Source of the DNA: Gammaproteobacteria bacterium
GTDB taxonomy: Bacteria > Pseudomonadota > Gammaproteobacteria > Eutrophobiales > Eutrophobiaceae
Length of the DNA: 64,000 nucleotides
Direction of reading: 5' to 3'
Assembly: GCA_965222155.1 (NCBI GenBank)
Contig: CBDCTH010000012.1
Coordinates: 1,888,001-1,952,000 of the forward strand
Each line of letters opens with the position of its first letter. Positions within the stretch are counted from its first letter, which is position 1. The notes beneath the pieces were generated by a model. The model was not told where the DNA came from and did not search any database. It saw only the letters and a program-made list of their open reading frames with translations. The translations under genes and the position numbers were made by a program. Below are positions 27,484 through 39,892 of this stretch, piece after piece.

Positions 27484-27903
27484 TAACCCGGATTTCTCAC
27501 CAGTTGATGCGATGATCGCACAGGATTTTTGATGTGCGCCTTCCCTGGCGCACCCCCTAGGGGCGCCCTACGGGCGTCCAAATCTGCTCCAGGCAGATTT
27601 GTGACCGCCAGCGGGTGCCTGCGACCGAAAGCATAGTGGTTCTTATGGTTGAGGGACAAATTGTCAGGACAGACAATTTGCACGGCGACAGCCGCCCGCA
27701 GGGTTGCGCCCCAGAGCCTGCCCCTGTATGGAGTTGAGCAGGGGGATGGGCGCAATGAACACGTGCCCGCTGGCGGGAAAAAGACAAGCGAGGGCACATC
27801 AAGCGCAATCTGTGATGGCGTCATAATGAGTAAACTAACATAGTGTATTGACTACAAACAACTATCCGATGGCAATAAGCGGACTGGTGAGAAATCCGGG
27901 TTA
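27484..27903. mobile_element. ERIC-like MITE family B, copy 3, with nested insertions
   Basis: TAACCCGGATTTCTCACCAGT / ACTGGTGAGAAATCCGGGTTA. Extra blocks at ~27532-27604 and ~27656-27757 relative to copy 2. Confidence 0.9.
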
Positions 27904-29418
27904 GCCGATCTTGGATTGTGAGATATGCTCCACCAGGTGGTTGAGGGTGGCATCCATAAGTTCAAATAACGGCGCCGGCCACAGTCCCAGGAACAGCACG
28001 GCGACTGCAAGCAGGAGCAGGAACAGGGTCTCGCGCCTGGAAATATCCTGCAATTCGGCCACCCGCTCATTGGCCACGTCACCGAATATCACGCGTTTAT
28101 ACATCCATAACGTGTAAGCGGCGCCCAGGATCAGTACGGACGCAGCAATAACAGCAATCCAGGCATTGGCCCGGAAACTGCTCAGGATGACCAGGAATTC
28201 GCCGACAAACCCGGAGGTGCCGGGCAAACCGGCATTCGCCATGGCAAACAACATCATAAATGCGGCAAACACCGGCATGGTATTCGCCACGCCGCCATAA
28301 TCGGAAATCTGTCGGCTGTGCACCCGGTCATACATAACACCGACACACAGGAACAAGGCAGCGGAGATAAGTCCGTGCGATATCATTTGCATCATAGCGC
28401 CGGCCAATCCCATTACCGCGCCAGTGTTTGGCTGGGCCTGGTTAATGATGGAAAACACGATAAATAATCCCAGGGTCACAAACCCCATGTGGGAAACGGA
28501 TGAATAGGCAATCAGTTTTTTCATGTCCTGCTGTACCAGGGCGACAAACCCGATATAGACAATGGCAATCAGTGACAAAATGATCATAAGGTCCGCCAGC
28601 GCCGCGCTGGCATCCGGAACGATGGGCAGACTGAAACGAATAAAACCGTATCCACCCATTTTCAACATGATCGCCGCCAGGATCACGGATCCGCCTGTAG
28701 GCGCCTCAACGTGTGCGTCCGGTAACCAGGTATGCACCGGCCACATGGGTATTTTCACGGCAAAGGCGAGCAGAAACGCAATAAATATCCATTTCTGTGC
28801 AGCCAGTGACAACGGCAACTTGTACAAGTCAGGGATATAGAAACTTCCCATCTTCGAATACAGGTAGAGCAAGGCTACCAGCATGAATACCGAGCCCAGA
28901 AAGGTATACAGAAAAAACTTGATGGTGGCATAGACGCGCCTCGGGCCGCCCCACACGCCGATGATTAAAAACATGGGAATCAACATGGCTTCCCAGAAAA
29001 AATAAAACAAAATTGCATCCTGAGACACAAACACCCCATTCATCAGCCCTTCCAGGATAAGAAAGGACGCCATGTATTGGGATAGCCTGGTATTGATAAC
29101 CTCCCAGCCGGCGATAACCACCAGTACTGTCGTAAACGTCGTCAACAGGATCAAGGGTACGGAAATACCGTCAACCCCAAGGTGATAATTTATGTTGAAC
29201 GTATCTATCCACTCGGAGTATTCAACAAACTGCATCAGGGCGGTTGATGTATCAAAGCGCAGGTATAGCAAGGCCGACAACGAAAATACGATTATGGATA
29301 CAAGTAATGAAAATAATTTTACCGACTCCCGCTGCCGGTCTCCGGCAAACAGGAGCAATGAGCCACCCAGTATGGGCACCCAAATCAATAAACTCAGAAG
29401 AGGCAGGGCTGGAACCAT
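27901..29418 (-). CDS. nuoM: NADH-quinone oxidoreductase subunit M
   Basis: LGVDGIS, WLPDAHVEAPTGGS and GLPGTSGFVGEF. Confidence 0.97.
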   Translation of the reverse strand: MVPALPLLSLLIWVPILGGSLLLFAGDRQRESVKLFSLLVSIIVFSLSALLYLRFDTSTALMQFVEYSEWIDTFNINYHLGVDGISVPLILLTTFTTVLVVIAGWEVINTRLSQYMASFLILEGLMNGVFVSQDAILFYFFWEAMLIPMFLIIGVWGGPRRVYATIKFFLYTFLGSVFMLVALLYLYSKMGSFYIPDLYKLPLSLAAQKWIFIAFLLAFAVKIPMWPVHTWLPDAHVEAPTGGSVILAAIMLKMGGYGFIRFSLPIVPDASAALADLMIILSLIAIVYIGFVALVQQDMKKLIAYSSVSHMGFVTLGLFIVFSIINQAQPNTGAVMGLAGAMMQMISHGLISAALFLCVGVMYDRVHSRQISDYGGVANTMPVFAAFMMLFAMANAGLPGTSGFVGEFLVILSSFRANAWIAVIAASVLILGAAYTLWMYKRVIFGDVANERVAELQDISRRETLFLLLLAVAVLFLGLWPAPLFELMDATLNHLVEHISQSKIG

Positions 29419-29424
29419 GGGGGC

Positions 29425-31395
29425 TTATATAATTTGATGAACAAAAACAGCCAGCAGCAATAACAGGCCGATAATCATGGCAAAGGCATAGTGGTACAGG
29501 TAACCGGTTTGCACCTTTCTGATTAAAGCCGAAAACCTGCGTACCATACGAGCTGTTCCATTAACCAGGAAGCCGTCAATAATGCGTACGTCGCCCCATT
29601 GCCAGAGCGTATTGCCGGTGTTGCGGGCGCCGCCGGCAAAAACAGCCTGGTATATTTCATCGAAATAATATTTCCTGACAAACAGCCGGTACGGTATGGC
29701 GAACAGGCCGGCAATCTTACCCGGCCAGTGCGGAAACCTGACATAAAACAACCAGGCAACAAATATCCCTGCCAGAGCCAGCCAGACGGGAGCGTGCTTA
29801 TACGAGTTCGCGACAAAATCGAAGACGCCGGAATAATGCAAAGCCATTTCATGGAGCCCGGCGGCATGGTCGGCAGACACGTGGATTGCATCCATGTAAT
29901 AATCGCCCAACACCATGGGTCCAACCAGAAAAGCACCGATGACAAGGGAAGGAATTGCCAGGATGAACAGCGGTACGGTAACGACTCCCGGTGATTCTTT
30001 CAGATGTTCCCAGGTATGCCGATCCATCCGTTCCTCACCGTGGAACGTCAGAAAAAATAACCGGAATGTATACAGCGCCGTTATAAAAACGCCGGACAAC
30101 ACGGCCAGGTAGGCGATATCAGCACCCGGAAGTTGTGAATAATGCACCGCTTCGATAATGGCATCCTTCGAGAAGAACCCGGAAGTCAGCGGGAAACCGA
30201 CCAGTGCGAGAGAACCGATCAGCGCGCTAAACCACGTTATCGGCATGTAACGATACAAGCCTCCCATCTTGCGCATGTCCTGCTCATGGTGTAGCGCAAT
30301 AATTACGGAACCCGCGGCCAGGAACAGCAATGCCTTGAAAAAGGCGTGTGTCACCAGGTGAAAGATCGCGACGGAGTAGGCGGACGCACCAAGCGCAACT
30401 GTCATGTACCCTAACTGGGACAAGGTCGAATAAGCAACTACCCGTTTGATGTCATGCTGAACCAGACCCAGGAGACCCATAAAGAATGCCGTTATCGCGC
30501 CAACCAGTAAAATTAAACTGAGCGCAACCTCAGACAACTCGTACAGGGGTGACATACGCGCCACCATGAAAATGCCCGCCGTTACCATCGTGGCCGCGTG
30601 AATTAACGCCGAAATAGGCGTAGGTCCCTCCATGGAATCAGGCAACCAGACGTGCAGGGGAACCTGGGCGGATTTTCCCATGGCGCCGATAAACAGGCAG
30701 ATGCAGATAAAGGTCAGTGCCGACCATTCTTGACCGGGGATGAGGGAAATTGTCGAATCCGCGTGCGCCCCAGCCTGGTTGAACACCTGCACATAATCCA
30801 GTGAATTAAAATACAACAGGACCGCAGCAATACCGATCAGGAAGCCGAAATCGCCTACCCGATTAACGATAAAAGCTTTCAGACCGGCAAAAATGGCTGA
30901 TTCGCGTTTAAACCAGAAGCCGATCAACAAGTAGGATACCAATCCAACCGCTTCCCACCCGAAAAACAATTGGACGAAGTTATTTGACATCACCAACACC
31001 AGCATGGCGAAAGTAAACAACGAGATGTAACTGAAAAATCGCTGGTAACCCGGGTCATCATGCATATAGCCGATGGTATAAATATGGATCATCCAGGAAA
31101 CGAAACTGACGACCACCATCATGGTCACGGATAACTGGTCCACCAGGAAACCCACCGTAAATTTCAGTTCCCCGAGCGTAAGCCAGGTGTAAATCTCGGC
31201 GTTATAGACTGCACCACCGTCAAACATGAGATGTTTGTATGCAAGCAGGGATAACACCGTAGAAATGCCTACCCCGATTATGGTCACCCAGTGTGCGCCG
31301 CTCCTGCCGATGAGGTGACCTGCCAGGCCGGCGATGATCGCTCCGACTAATGGTGCGAGCACGATCGCAAGATAGATATGTTCCATATTATCCAT
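29425..31395 (-). CDS. nuoL: NADH-quinone oxidoreductase subunit L
   Basis: NRVGD, GKSAQVPLHVWLPDSMEGPTPISALIHAATMV and HAFFKALLFL. Confidence 0.97.
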   Translation of the reverse strand: MDNMEHIYLAIVLAPLVGAIIAGLAGHLIGRSGAHWVTIIGVGISTVLSLLAYKHLMFDGGAVYNAEIYTWLTLGELKFTVGFLVDQLSVTMMVVVSFVSWMIHIYTIGYMHDDPGYQRFFSYISLFTFAMLVLVMSNNFVQLFFGWEAVGLVSYLLIGFWFKRESAIFAGLKAFIVNRVGDFGFLIGIAAVLLYFNSLDYVQVFNQAGAHADSTISLIPGQEWSALTFICICLFIGAMGKSAQVPLHVWLPDSMEGPTPISALIHAATMVTAGIFMVARMSPLYELSEVALSLILLVGAITAFFMGLLGLVQHDIKRVVAYSTLSQLGYMTVALGASAYSVAIFHLVTHAFFKALLFLAAGSVIIALHHEQDMRKMGGLYRYMPITWFSALIGSLALVGFPLTSGFFSKDAIIEAVHYSQLPGADIAYLAVLSGVFITALYTFRLFFLTFHGEERMDRHTWEHLKESPGVVTVPLFILAIPSLVIGAFLVGPMVLGDYYMDAIHVSADHAAGLHEMALHYSGVFDFVANSYKHAPVWLALAGIFVAWLFYVRFPHWPGKIAGLFAIPYRLFVRKYYFDEIYQAVFAGGARNTGNTLWQWGDVRIIDGFLVNGTARMVRRFSALIRKVQTGYLYHYAFAMIIGLLLLLAVFVHQII

Positions 31396-31400
31396 CGGTT

Positions 31401-31706
31401 TTATCCTTTAAGACTATCCAGGTCTACCACGTTTATGGTATTTCGATTGCGAAACAGAACTACCAGGATCGCCAGGCCGATCGCAGCTTCAGCCGCGGCA
31501 ACAGTCAGAATGAAGAAGACAAAAACCTGGCCGTGAATATCACCGAGGAAATAGGAAAACGCGATGAAGTTCAAATTCACGGACAGCAGCATCAATTCGA
31601 TACACATCAATAAAATAATGACATTTTTCCTGTTGATAAAAACGCCCGCCACACTGATGCAGAACAGTAATGCGGCTAATATCAGGACTTCGGTCAGTTC
31701 AATCAT
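31401..31706 (-). CDS. nuoK: NADH-quinone oxidoreductase subunit K
   Basis: MCIELML and [12 protein letters not shown]. Confidence 0.97.
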   Translation of the reverse strand: MIELTEVLILAALLFCISVAGVFINRKNVIILLMCIELMLLSVNLNFIAFSYFLGDIHGQVFVFFILTVAAAEAAIGLAILVVLFRNRNTINVVDLDSLKG

Positions 31707-32304
31707 CTGCTTTCTCTGACTCCATGTTGACTAACCGCACGCGCGTCCCGGATTTGACATTGACCTGCTCCCAGGGTTTGGGAGTGCGTCGCGCCCGTGG
31801 TTTACGCATGGTCAGACTGATCGCTGCGATAATCGCGGTCAACAGGATGGCGCCGGCGATCTCAAAAGGGTAAATATATTCGGTAAACAGTGCTTTGCCG
31901 AGCAACCGGGTATTATCGATGCCGGTTGCAAGCTGATCGCTTGTTGGTCCCGAATCAGGCAAAATATGGTCGGCGCCTACAATCAATCCCATGGCAATCA
32001 GCATCAGTATGGCAACTGATAAACCGACAGGTAAAAACCGGGAAAAACCTTCCCGCAGTGTTGAGATGTTAATATCCAGCATCATCACCACAAACAGGAA
32101 TAACACCATCACCGCCCCGACGTAGACCAGCACCAACGCAATAGCCAGGAATTCTGCTTCCAATAGCAACCAGATGGCCGCGCTGCAAAAAAATGACAGG
32201 ATCAGAAAAAGCGCGGCATGTACCGGGTTACGCACGGTAATTACCATGCAGGCCGACATCACCAGCAACACCGCAAAAATATAAAATATGGATTGTTCAA
32301 ACAT
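31699..32304 (-). CDS. nuoJ: NADH-quinone oxidoreductase subunit J
   Basis: [29 protein letters not shown] and YPFE. Confidence 0.97.
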   Translation of the reverse strand: MFEQSIFYIFAVLLVMSACMVITVRNPVHAALFLILSFFCSAAIWLLLEAEFLAIALVLVYVGAVMVLFLFVVMMLDINISTLREGFSRFLPVGLSVAILMLIAMGLIVGADHILPDSGPTSDQLATGIDNTRLLGKALFTEYIYPFEIAGAILLTAIIAAISLTMRKPRARRTPKPWEQVNVKSGTRVRLVNMESEKADD

Positions 32305-32322
32305 GGATATATATTTATTTTT

Positions 32323-32391
32323 GCCACAGAGGGCACAGAGATTACACAGTGGCTTTGTTTTTTCCCCTGCGTCCTCTGTGCCCTCTGTGGC
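32323..32391. repeat. Family C palindromic element
   Basis: Perfect 18-bp inverted repeat GCCACAGAGGGCACAGAG / CTCTGTGCCCTCTGTGGC. Confidence 0.85.
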
Positions 32392-32403
32392 TGTATATTT
32401 ATT

Positions 32404-32892
32404 TCACCTGTACAAAGCTTCCGTTGCGCGATCCTCGGCAATCTGCTGTTCCGCCAGGTCTCCGACTTCCAGTAACCTGTGCTTCGTCATCAGCAGGTCT
32501 GAACGCTGCTCACCGTGGTATTCGTAGATGCGCGTCTCCACAATGGCGTCCACCGGACATGATTCTTCACAGAAACCGCAAAAAATGCACTTCGCCAAAT
32601 CTATATCGTATTGGGTCGTCCTGCGGGTACCATCATCCCGCTGTTCAGATTCGATAGTGATGGCTACCGCGGGACAAACCGCTTCACACAACTTGCAGGC
32701 AATACAGCGCTCTTCACCATTCGGATATCGGCGTAACGCATGAAGCCCCCTGAATCGAGGTGACTGGGGAGTCTTCTCCTCCGGATATTGCACCGTGATT
32801 TTACGCCTGAACAGGTAACGCCCCGTCAAACGCAGGCCTTTAAGCAACTCCCATAATAAAAAGCTTCGCAAATAATTTGTTACTTTAGACAT
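32404..32892 (-). CDS. nuoI: NADH-quinone oxidoreductase subunit I
   Basis: [12 protein letters not shown] and [12 protein letters not shown]. Confidence 0.98.
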   Translation of the reverse strand: MSKVTNYLRSFLLWELLKGLRLTGRYLFRRKITVQYPEEKTPQSPRFRGLHALRRYPNGEERCIACKLCEAVCPAVAITIESEQRDDGTRRTTQYDIDLAKCIFCGFCEESCPVDAIVETRIYEYHGEQRSDLLMTKHRLLEVGDLAEQQIAEDRATEALYR

Positions 32893-32938
32893 CTGCTTTT
32901 CCAGTCAGGTAGAAACCGTTTTTTCTCCATGGTTTAAA

Positions 32939-34075
32939 TTATGGAGTATCGAACCAGGGCGGTGCTTCCGCAACGACCATGCCGGAAACAACAACAATCC
33001 AGATGATGGTAATAGGCAGGAGTACTTTCCAGCCAAGACGCATGATCTGGTCGTAACGATAACGGGGAAAAGTTGCCCTGAACCACAGAAACAGGAACAA
33101 GAACACCGATGTTTTTAACAATAGCCATATTATATTCGGCTCACTGATATAAGGCATATCTCCGAGCAGCGGCAAACCCTGGAAGGGGGACAGCCAACCG
33201 CCACAGAACAGGACAGCCGTCAGTACGGCAATAAGTATCATATTGGCATATTCCGCCATGAAGAAAATGGAAAACGCCATGCCACCGTATTCAACGTGGA
33301 AACCGGCCACAAGTTCGGATTCACCCTCGGCCACGTCAAACGGCGCCCTGTTGGTCTCGGCTACACCGGAAATAAAATAAACCAGAAAAATCGGCAACAG
33401 CGGCAGCCAGTACCAATGCAGGATACTGCCGTTTTGTGCGGCTGTAATCTGGCCCAGGTTTAAACTGCCGGCCGCAATAAGCACACATACCAGCGCAAAA
33501 CCCATTGCAATCTCGTAAGAAACGATCTGGGCGGCGGAACGCATGGCGCCCAGGAACGCGTACTTGGAATTTGACGCCCAGCCGGCAATAATGATGCCGT
33601 AAACGGCTAAGGACGTCAGGGCCAGGATGTATAATAACCCTGCATTGATATCAGCCAGCACCAGCGTATCGGCGAAGGGTATCACGGCCCAGGCGGCCAG
33701 GGACGGGGCAAGGGCCAGTACCGGCGCCATCACGAACAAGCGCTTGTTGGCCCCCGTCGGAATAATAATTTCCTTGAAGAGAAGCTTGACGGCATCAGCG
33801 ATGGGTTGTCCCAGTCCCCACAGGCGGAAACCGAAAAAACCCACTCTATTCGGCCCCAGCCTGCATTGGATAAAGCCGATGATCTTACGTTCCGCGTAAG
33901 TCATATAAGCGACACAGAACAGTAAGGGCAGCACTATGGCGAGGATTTTCACCAACACTTCCAGGGTGTAAAGCGTATAATCGGCATAGTTGTCAGGGAT
34001 AAGCCAGGCAACCACGGGGGCGAGGATATAATCGCTGATGATTTTGAATATGTTTTCAAGCATGAGCGTCAGCAA
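32939..34075 (-). CDS. nuoH: NADH-quinone oxidoreductase subunit H
   Basis: [17 protein letters not shown] and [19 protein letters not shown]. Confidence 0.97.
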   Translation of the reverse strand: MLTLMLENIFKIISDYILAPVVAWLIPDNYADYTLYTLEVLVKILAIVLPLLFCVAYMTYAERKIIGFIQCRLGPNRVGFFGFRLWGLGQPIADAVKLLFKEIIIPTGANKRLFVMAPVLALAPSLAAWAVIPFADTLVLADINAGLLYILALTSLAVYGIIIAGWASNSKYAFLGAMRSAAQIVSYEIAMGFALVCVLIAAGSLNLGQITAAQNGSILHWYWLPLLPIFLVYFISGVAETNRAPFDVAEGESELVAGFHVEYGGMAFSIFFMAEYANMILIAVLTAVLFCGGWLSPFQGLPLLGDMPYISEPNIIWLLLKTSVFLFLFLWFRATFPRYRYDQIMRLGWKVLLPITIIWIVVVSGMVVAEAPPWFDTP

Positions 34076-34082
34076 CCGCGGA

Positions 34083-36455
34083 TTAAACCGTGGACACCGA
34101 AACCGGGCCTGATAACGAGCCCAAATTGCCGCTATTGACGTGCCCGCCGTGAATTAACACACAGTTATCCGCCACGGAGTCATCAAGTTGCAGGGGCAGT
34201 TGCAACTCGGCGTCATGACTAATCACCCTGATGCTTTCCTCACCGGCCACCCCCAGCCTGCCTGCCGTGCGCTTGTTAATATGGGCAAACCCGTCTGCAA
34301 CGTCCGCGGTCTGCTGCAGTGCCGGGGCATGGCGCGCCAGCGCATCAACGGAATTCATGGGTATATATCCGATACGTTGCAAGCCATCACTACTTGCCGG
34401 AATTGTTTCAGGTGTGTTCCAGGCGTCCATATTATCCGGTTGGCTGTTCCCCATCAATTCAGCCGCTTCCGTCCGGACTTCCTCTAACCCGTTATAACTG
34501 AAGTCGGAAAGTCGCAATTTACTTGCCAGGGAGCAGAATATTTTCCAGGCCGGGAGCGCGTCCCCGGGAGGTGATACCGCTGCGTTAAAACTTTGGCGTC
34601 GACCCTCCATATTCAGGTATGAACCTGCATTTTCCGCGTACAATGCCATCGGCAACAACACGTCGGCATACTCCGGTGCAGTTTTGTACCCGGTTACGGT
34701 AACCACACAACTTGCCTCAGCCAGCGCTTCTCGCGCCAGCTTTCCATCAAAAAAATCGAACTCCGGTTCCACATCCAGCAGCAGGTAGGCCGCCATTTGT
34801 TCAGTCAGCATGGCGCCGGCATCCAGGCCGCCGGCAGGGGCATTGACCATACCCGGCATCCTGTGGGGTAGCGCTCCGGCCAACCAGGCCCCGGCACTGT
34901 TCGCCCCATTATCCAGGTAACCGAATGTGCCCGAAACCCGTTGTGCCAGAGTTCCGGACAGGTATCGCAGCAACGACAGTTGCGGATGGGAAACATCCAG
35001 GCTGCCCATGAATACGGCTGCCCTGTCTGCCTTGACCAGCGCTTCAGCAATGTTTTTATGCTGAGGTTTCGGCCTTATTGCCCGCAGCAACTGACCGAGT
35101 GCGGAATCTCTGTTCGTCATACTGACCGCAGCCTTCAGTACGGCCGCCAATTCACTCACAAGTTTTGCCGGTGATTCAATACATTTATAGGCAAGCTCAT
35201 AATTAAAACTGAAATCTACCGGGTTTATCACCATCACTTTGGCGCCGGCCTGGACAGCTTTACGCAAGCGGTGATTGAAAATTGGCTGGTCCTTACGCGG
35301 AAAGCCGCCGATGATCAGGACCGCATCAAGTCGTTCGACGTCAGCGAGGGACAACCCCAGACCCGGGTACGCCGGCGCCGCCGCCTGATCGCTGAAGTCC
35401 GTTTGCCGCAATCGATGATCAATATTGTTGGAGCCTAATCCCCGCATGAATTTCTGTGCCAGGTATAATTCCTCAGAAGTAGCCGATGAGGAAACCAACG
35501 CGCCAACCTTATCCGCCCCATGCTGGTCAATCACGCCTTTCAGCTTGCGCGCTATATGGTTGATTGCCGTATCCCAGTCGACTTCCTGCCAGCCTTGCCC
35601 ATCCCTGACCATGGGAGCGGTAAGGCGCTCAACACTATTCAGCCCTTCATAACTGAAACGATCCCGGTCTGACAGCCAGACCTCATTGATGTCTTCGTTT
35701 TCTGCAGGAACCACACGTTGCACCCGATCATTTTTTACATGAAAGTGGAGGTTTGAGCCTACCGGGTCGTGAGCTGCGATACCGCTATGCTGGGTCATCT
35801 CCCAGGTACGCGCAGTAAACCGGAACGGTTTGGAGGTAAGGGCGCCGACCGGACACAGGTCAATCACGTTGCCGGACAATTCGGAGGCCATACTCTTCTC
35901 AATGTAGGTGCCGATCTCCATGAACTCACTGCGGCCGGTTGCGCCCAACTCGCGCAGTCCCGCAATTTCCTCACCGAAACGGACGCAACGAGTGCAATGA
36001 ATACAACGGGTCATGTCAGTCTGTACCAGGGGGCCTATGTTTTTGTCCTGCACGACCCGTTTCTTTTCCTGGTAACGGGACACGTCACTGCCGTAACCCA
36101 TTGCCAGATCCTGCAATTCACATTCCCCGCCCTGGTCGCAGATAGGGCAATCCAGGGGATGGTTGATCAGCAAAAATTCCATGACTGATTTTTGCGCTTC
36201 CAGAGCCAACTCTGATTTGGTATGAACTTTCATCCCGTTCAAAACCGGCGTAGCGCAGGCAGGCAAAGGCTTGGGCGCCTTTTCCACTTCCACCAGGCAC
36301 ATTCTGCAATTTGCCGCAACGGTCAGCTTATCGTGGTAACAGAAACGCGGCACATAATTCCCTGTCCGGTCAGTGACTTCAATCAGCATCTGACCCGGCC
36401 TGGCCTCGACTTCCCTGCCGTCAATTTCAATGGTAATGCGGTTATTATCAGACAT
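34083..36455 (-). CDS. nuoG: NADH-quinone oxidoreductase subunit G
   Basis: [27 protein letters not shown] and [10 protein letters not shown]. Confidence 0.97.
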   Translation of the reverse strand: MSDNNRITIEIDGREVEARPGQMLIEVTDRTGNYVPRFCYHDKLTVAANCRMCLVEVEKAPKPLPACATPVLNGMKVHTKSELALEAQKSVMEFLLINHPLDCPICDQGGECELQDLAMGYGSDVSRYQEKKRVVQDKNIGPLVQTDMTRCIHCTRCVRFGEEIAGLRELGATGRSEFMEIGTYIEKSMASELSGNVIDLCPVGALTSKPFRFTARTWEMTQHSGIAAHDPVGSNLHFHVKNDRVQRVVPAENEDINEVWLSDRDRFSYEGLNSVERLTAPMVRDGQGWQEVDWDTAINHIARKLKGVIDQHGADKVGALVSSSATSEELYLAQKFMRGLGSNNIDHRLRQTDFSDQAAAPAYPGLGLSLADVERLDAVLIIGGFPRKDQPIFNHRLRKAVQAGAKVMVINPVDFSFNYELAYKCIESPAKLVSELAAVLKAAVSMTNRDSALGQLLRAIRPKPQHKNIAEALVKADRAAVFMGSLDVSHPQLSLLRYLSGTLAQRVSGTFGYLDNGANSAGAWLAGALPHRMPGMVNAPAGGLDAGAMLTEQMAAYLLLDVEPEFDFFDGKLAREALAEASCVVTVTGYKTAPEYADVLLPMALYAENAGSYLNMEGRRQSFNAAVSPPGDALPAWKIFCSLASKLRLSDFSYNGLEEVRTEAAELMGNSQPDNMDAWNTPETIPASSDGLQRIGYIPMNSVDALARHAPALQQTADVADGFAHINKRTAGRLGVAGEESIRVISHDAELQLPLQLDDSVADNCVLIHGGHVNSGNLGSLSGPVSVSTV

Positions 36456-36466
36456 ATATTTGTTTT

Positions 36467-36579
36467 GCCACAGAGGACACAGAGTGGATCGAGTATCTTT
36501 TTAAGACATGGATAACCTGCATAGCTATCAATTCGTCTTGCCTGTTATTCATTTTGTTTTTCTCTGTGTCCTCTGTGGC
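36467..36579. repeat. Family C palindromic element
   Basis: Perfect 18-bp inverted repeat GCCACAGAGGACACAGAG / CTCTGTGTCCTCTGTGGC. Confidence 0.85.
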
Positions 36580-36592
36580 TTTAATCAATAGT

Positions 36593-37900
36593 TCAAGCTG
36601 CTTTGCTTTCAATTCCATCAACAATACTGCGGCCCTGGTTTTCTATCATGTACTCGAATTCGTGGCGGTAGTGTTTCATGAAACTCTGTACCGGCCACGC
36701 CGCGGCATCGCCCAGGGCGCAGATAGTCCGGCCTTCTATTTTATTGGCCACGTCAACCAGTTTGTCCAGGTCTTCCAGCCGGCCCTGACCATCGATAATG
36801 CGGGTCAGCATGCGGTACAGCCAGCCGGTCCCCTCGCGGCACGGGGTGCACTGGCCGCATGACTCGACGAAATAAAACCGTGAGATACGCCGCAGCATCC
36901 TGACCATGCAAGTGGTATCGTCCATGACCACCACCGCGCCGGAACCGATGGATGAACCCGCAGCGCGCAGGGAATCATAATCCATATTGGTTTCCAGCAT
37001 GATCTCGCCCGGGACCACCTGCACCGATGAACCGCCGGGAATTACCGCTTTCAATTGCCGCTCTTGCCATACACCGCCGGCCATTTCCAGTAACTCTCTG
37101 AACGGCATACCCAGGGGCACCTCAAAATTGCCCGGCTTTGCCACGTGACCGCTCACGGACAAACACTTGGTGCCGCCGCTGTTCTCGACCCCCAGATCGG
37201 CAAACCAGCGCGCCCCTTTCAATATGATTGTCGGCGCTGAGCAAAAGCTTTCCGTATTGTTGATTGTTGTAGGTTTGCCGTATAAACCGTATTGCGCAGG
37301 AAACGGCGGTTTGAACCTGGGCTTGCCGGGCTTACCCTCCAGGGATTCCAGCAGTGCTGTTTCCTCTCCACATATATAGGCGCCGGCGCCCAGTACCGAA
37401 TAAATATCGATGTCTACGCCCGTACCAAGGATATCCTTGCCCAGAAAACCCGCGTCGTAGGCTTTCTTCAAGGCATCCTCAAAGCGCTCGTACGGTTCAT
37501 CCATGAACTCACCCCGGATATAATTATAAGCAACTGAAGCGCCCATGGCATAACAGGCAATAGCGAGGCCTTCGACCAGGGAATGGGGATTGAACCGGAG
37601 TATATCCCGATCCTTGCAAGTGCCCGGTTCACTTTCATCGGAATTGCAGACGACATATTTCGGGTTCGGTGCGTCAGGATTCATGAAACTCCACTTCAGG
37701 CCCGTGGGGAACCCTGCGCCCCCACGACCGCGCAGGCCCGAGCCCTTAATTTCTTCCGTCACGTCCCAGGGGGAAATTTTATCGTTAAGAATTTTTTTCC
37801 AGGCCTTATAACCATCTGCCCGGTAGTAATTCTCCAGGGTCCAGGGCTGGTCGTATTTGAGGGTAGCGTAACAAACCGAGTTGATTGCGTTCCTGTCCAT
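36593..37900 (-). CDS. nuoF: NADH-quinone oxidoreductase subunit F
   Basis: [26 protein letters not shown] and [12 protein letters not shown]. Confidence 0.98.
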   Translation of the reverse strand: MDRNAINSVCYATLKYDQPWTLENYYRADGYKAWKKILNDKISPWDVTEEIKGSGLRGRGGAGFPTGLKWSFMNPDAPNPKYVVCNSDESEPGTCKDRDILRFNPHSLVEGLAIACYAMGASVAYNYIRGEFMDEPYERFEDALKKAYDAGFLGKDILGTGVDIDIYSVLGAGAYICGEETALLESLEGKPGKPRFKPPFPAQYGLYGKPTTINNTESFCSAPTIILKGARWFADLGVENSGGTKCLSVSGHVAKPGNFEVPLGMPFRELLEMAGGVWQERQLKAVIPGGSSVQVVPGEIMLETNMDYDSLRAAGSSIGSGAVVVMDDTTCMVRMLRRISRFYFVESCGQCTPCREGTGWLYRMLTRIIDGQGRLEDLDKLVDVANKIEGRTICALGDAAAWPVQSFMKHYRHEFEYMIENQGRSIVDGIESKAA

Positions 37901-38385
37901 TAATCCAGCCCGTCCAGCACTTCATCCACGCTATCAGGAGTCAGGTTTTCATAGTATTTATGATCGACCATCATCATGGGCGCCCCGCAACAGGCGGCCA
38001 GACATTCCTCTTCCTGCTTCAGGTAAATGCGATTGTCGCCGGTGGTCTCGCCGACTTTCACCCCCAGTTTATTTTCAATGTGAGCCACGATATCATCCGC
38101 GCCACGCAGCATGCATGAAATATTAGTGCATACGGACACACTGTGGCGCCCGCAGGGCCTGGTTTCCAGCATGGAATAAAAACTGGCCACTTCGTAAACT
38201 GCGATACGCGGCATCTCCAGATAACCGGCAACCGCGTCCATCAGTTCCACAGTCAGGTAACCCCCGTTCTCATGCTGCGCCTCACGCAAAGCCGCCAGCA
38301 CCGCAGACTGCTTCTGATCCGCCGGGAATATCGCTGTCCAGCGATCAATTTCCGCACGTATATGGCTGGACAATCTGTTATTCAT
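37900..38385 (-). CDS. nuoE: NADH-quinone oxidoreductase subunit E
   Basis: [16 protein letters not shown] and [10 protein letters not shown]. The start is ATG 38385; the longer ORF call runs through a repeat. Confidence 0.95.
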   Translation of the reverse strand: MNNRLSSHIRAEIDRWTAIFPADQKQSAVLAALREAQHENGGYLTVELMDAVAGYLEMPRIAVYEVASFYSMLETRPCGRHSVSVCTNISCMLRGADDIVAHIENKLGVKVGETTGDNRIYLKQEEECLAACCGAPMMMVDHKYYENLTPDSVDEVLDGLD

Positions 38386-38429
38386 TCTCCACCATCCTGA
38401 AAAACATGAAAACGAGCAGCAGATCCAGC

Positions 38430-38535
38430 TAACTGAGGTTTTGGGGACTGTTTTGGAGTGACTAGCGCCAGGGACGAGCGCGGGACGGGCCAGGGATGGC
38501 CCTCGGAACGGAAAAACAGTCCCCAAAACCGCCTT
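38430..38535. repeat. Large hairpin element between nuoD and nuoE
   Basis: Inverted pair GGTTTTGGGGACTGTTTT / AAAACAGTCCCCAAAACC around GCGCCAGGGACGAGCGC and GGGCCAGGGATGGCCC mini-hairpins. Confidence 0.75.
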
Positions 38536-38575
38536 ACTGTGAAACCGGTCATTTGTACGAATATGAGGCTCATTT

Positions 38576-39829
38576 TCATCTATCGACCTCGCCGAAGACA
38601 ATATCCTGGGTACCTATCACCGCGACTACGTCTGCGAGCATGTGCCCCTGTACCATTTCATTCAAGGATGACAGGTGGATAAAACCGGGGGGCCGTATCT
38701 TCAGCCGATAAGGTTTATTGGCGCCGTCCGATACCAGGTAAATCCCAAACTCCCCTTTCGGGTGTTCTATGGCCGCATACACCTCACCTTCCGGCACACA
38801 ATAGCCTTCGGTAAACAACTTGAAGTGGTGAATTAACGACTCCATGTCATCTTTCATCGTTTCTCTACTGGGCGGCACCAGTTTATGATCGTCGATAACC
38901 ACCGACCCGGGATTATTTCGCAGCCAGTCCACACACTGTTTAATAATGGCATTTGACTGACGCATCTCCTCAACGCGCACCAGGTAACGATCATAACAGT
39001 CCCCATTGACGCCGACGGGAATGGCAAATTCCATTTGATCATATACTTCATAAGGCTGTTTTCTGCGCAAGTCCCACTCTACGCCCGAACCGCGCAGCAT
39101 GGGGCCGGTAAAGCCGAGTTGTATCGCCCTCTCCGCTGAGACAACGCCTATTCCTACCGTGCGCTGCTTCCAGATTCGATTATCAGTCAACAGGGTTTCA
39201 TACTCGTCGATACAGCCTGGGAAACGTTCCGTAAACGCCGCGATAAAATCGAGCAGGGAACCCTGGCGCGTCTCGTTTAACTTGTTTACCTCTGCTTTTG
39301 AACGGTTCACAGTCACCTGGTAGCGCGGCATTTCCGCCGGCAGATCCCGATACACGCCACCCGGCCGGTAATAGGTTGCATGCATTCTCGTGCCTGATAC
39401 CGCTTCGTAACAATCCATCAGATCTTCCCGTTCCCGGAAGCAATACAGGAATATGCTCATGGCGCCGATGTCCAGGGCATGGGCGCCCAGCCACATAAGG
39501 TGATTAAGTACGCGGGTGATCTCATCGAACATCACCCGGATATAACGGGCCCGTATGGGTGGCGTCACGCCCAGTAGTTTTTCAATGGCCAGTACGTAAG
39601 CATGTTCATTGCACATCATGGACACGTAATCGAGGCGGTCCATGTAACCGATACTCTGGTTATAGGGCTTGCTCTCGGCCAGCTTTTCGGTGGCGCGATG
39701 CAGTAGCCCGATATGCGGGTCGGCGCGCTCAATCACCTCCCCGTCCATCTCCAGAACCAGGCGCAACACCCCGTGAGCCGCCGGGTGCTGCGGGCCGAAG
39801 TTCATCGTCATGTTCCTGATTTCAGGCAT
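38576..39829 (-). CDS. nuoD: NADH-quinone oxidoreductase subunit D
   Basis: [20 protein letters not shown] and DIVFGEVDR. Confidence 0.98.
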   Translation of the reverse strand: MPEIRNMTMNFGPQHPAAHGVLRLVLEMDGEVIERADPHIGLLHRATEKLAESKPYNQSIGYMDRLDYVSMMCNEHAYVLAIEKLLGVTPPIRARYIRVMFDEITRVLNHLMWLGAHALDIGAMSIFLYCFREREDLMDCYEAVSGTRMHATYYRPGGVYRDLPAEMPRYQVTVNRSKAEVNKLNETRQGSLLDFIAAFTERFPGCIDEYETLLTDNRIWKQRTVGIGVVSAERAIQLGFTGPMLRGSGVEWDLRRKQPYEVYDQMEFAIPVGVNGDCYDRYLVRVEEMRQSNAIIKQCVDWLRNNPGSVVIDDHKLVPPSRETMKDDMESLIHHFKLFTEGYCVPEGEVYAAIEHPKGEFGIYLVSDGANKPYRLKIRPPGFIHLSSLNEMVQGHMLADVVAVIGTQDIVFGEVDR

Positions 39830-39892
39830 AAATGAAAAACCTGTTCAGGGAAGTCACAGAGGACACAGAGTGGGTCCAGGACAGTTCCTCTG

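Noticed and set aside
27483-27843. ORFs of 60-113 aa inside family B elements (also 25766-25972 and 17336-17695)
   Set aside because: They are translations of repeat sequence or antisense frames, with no protein-family motifs.
38386-38601. N-terminal extension of NuoE in the ORF track
   Set aside because: It runs through a hairpin repeat; the conserved protein begins at ATG 38385.
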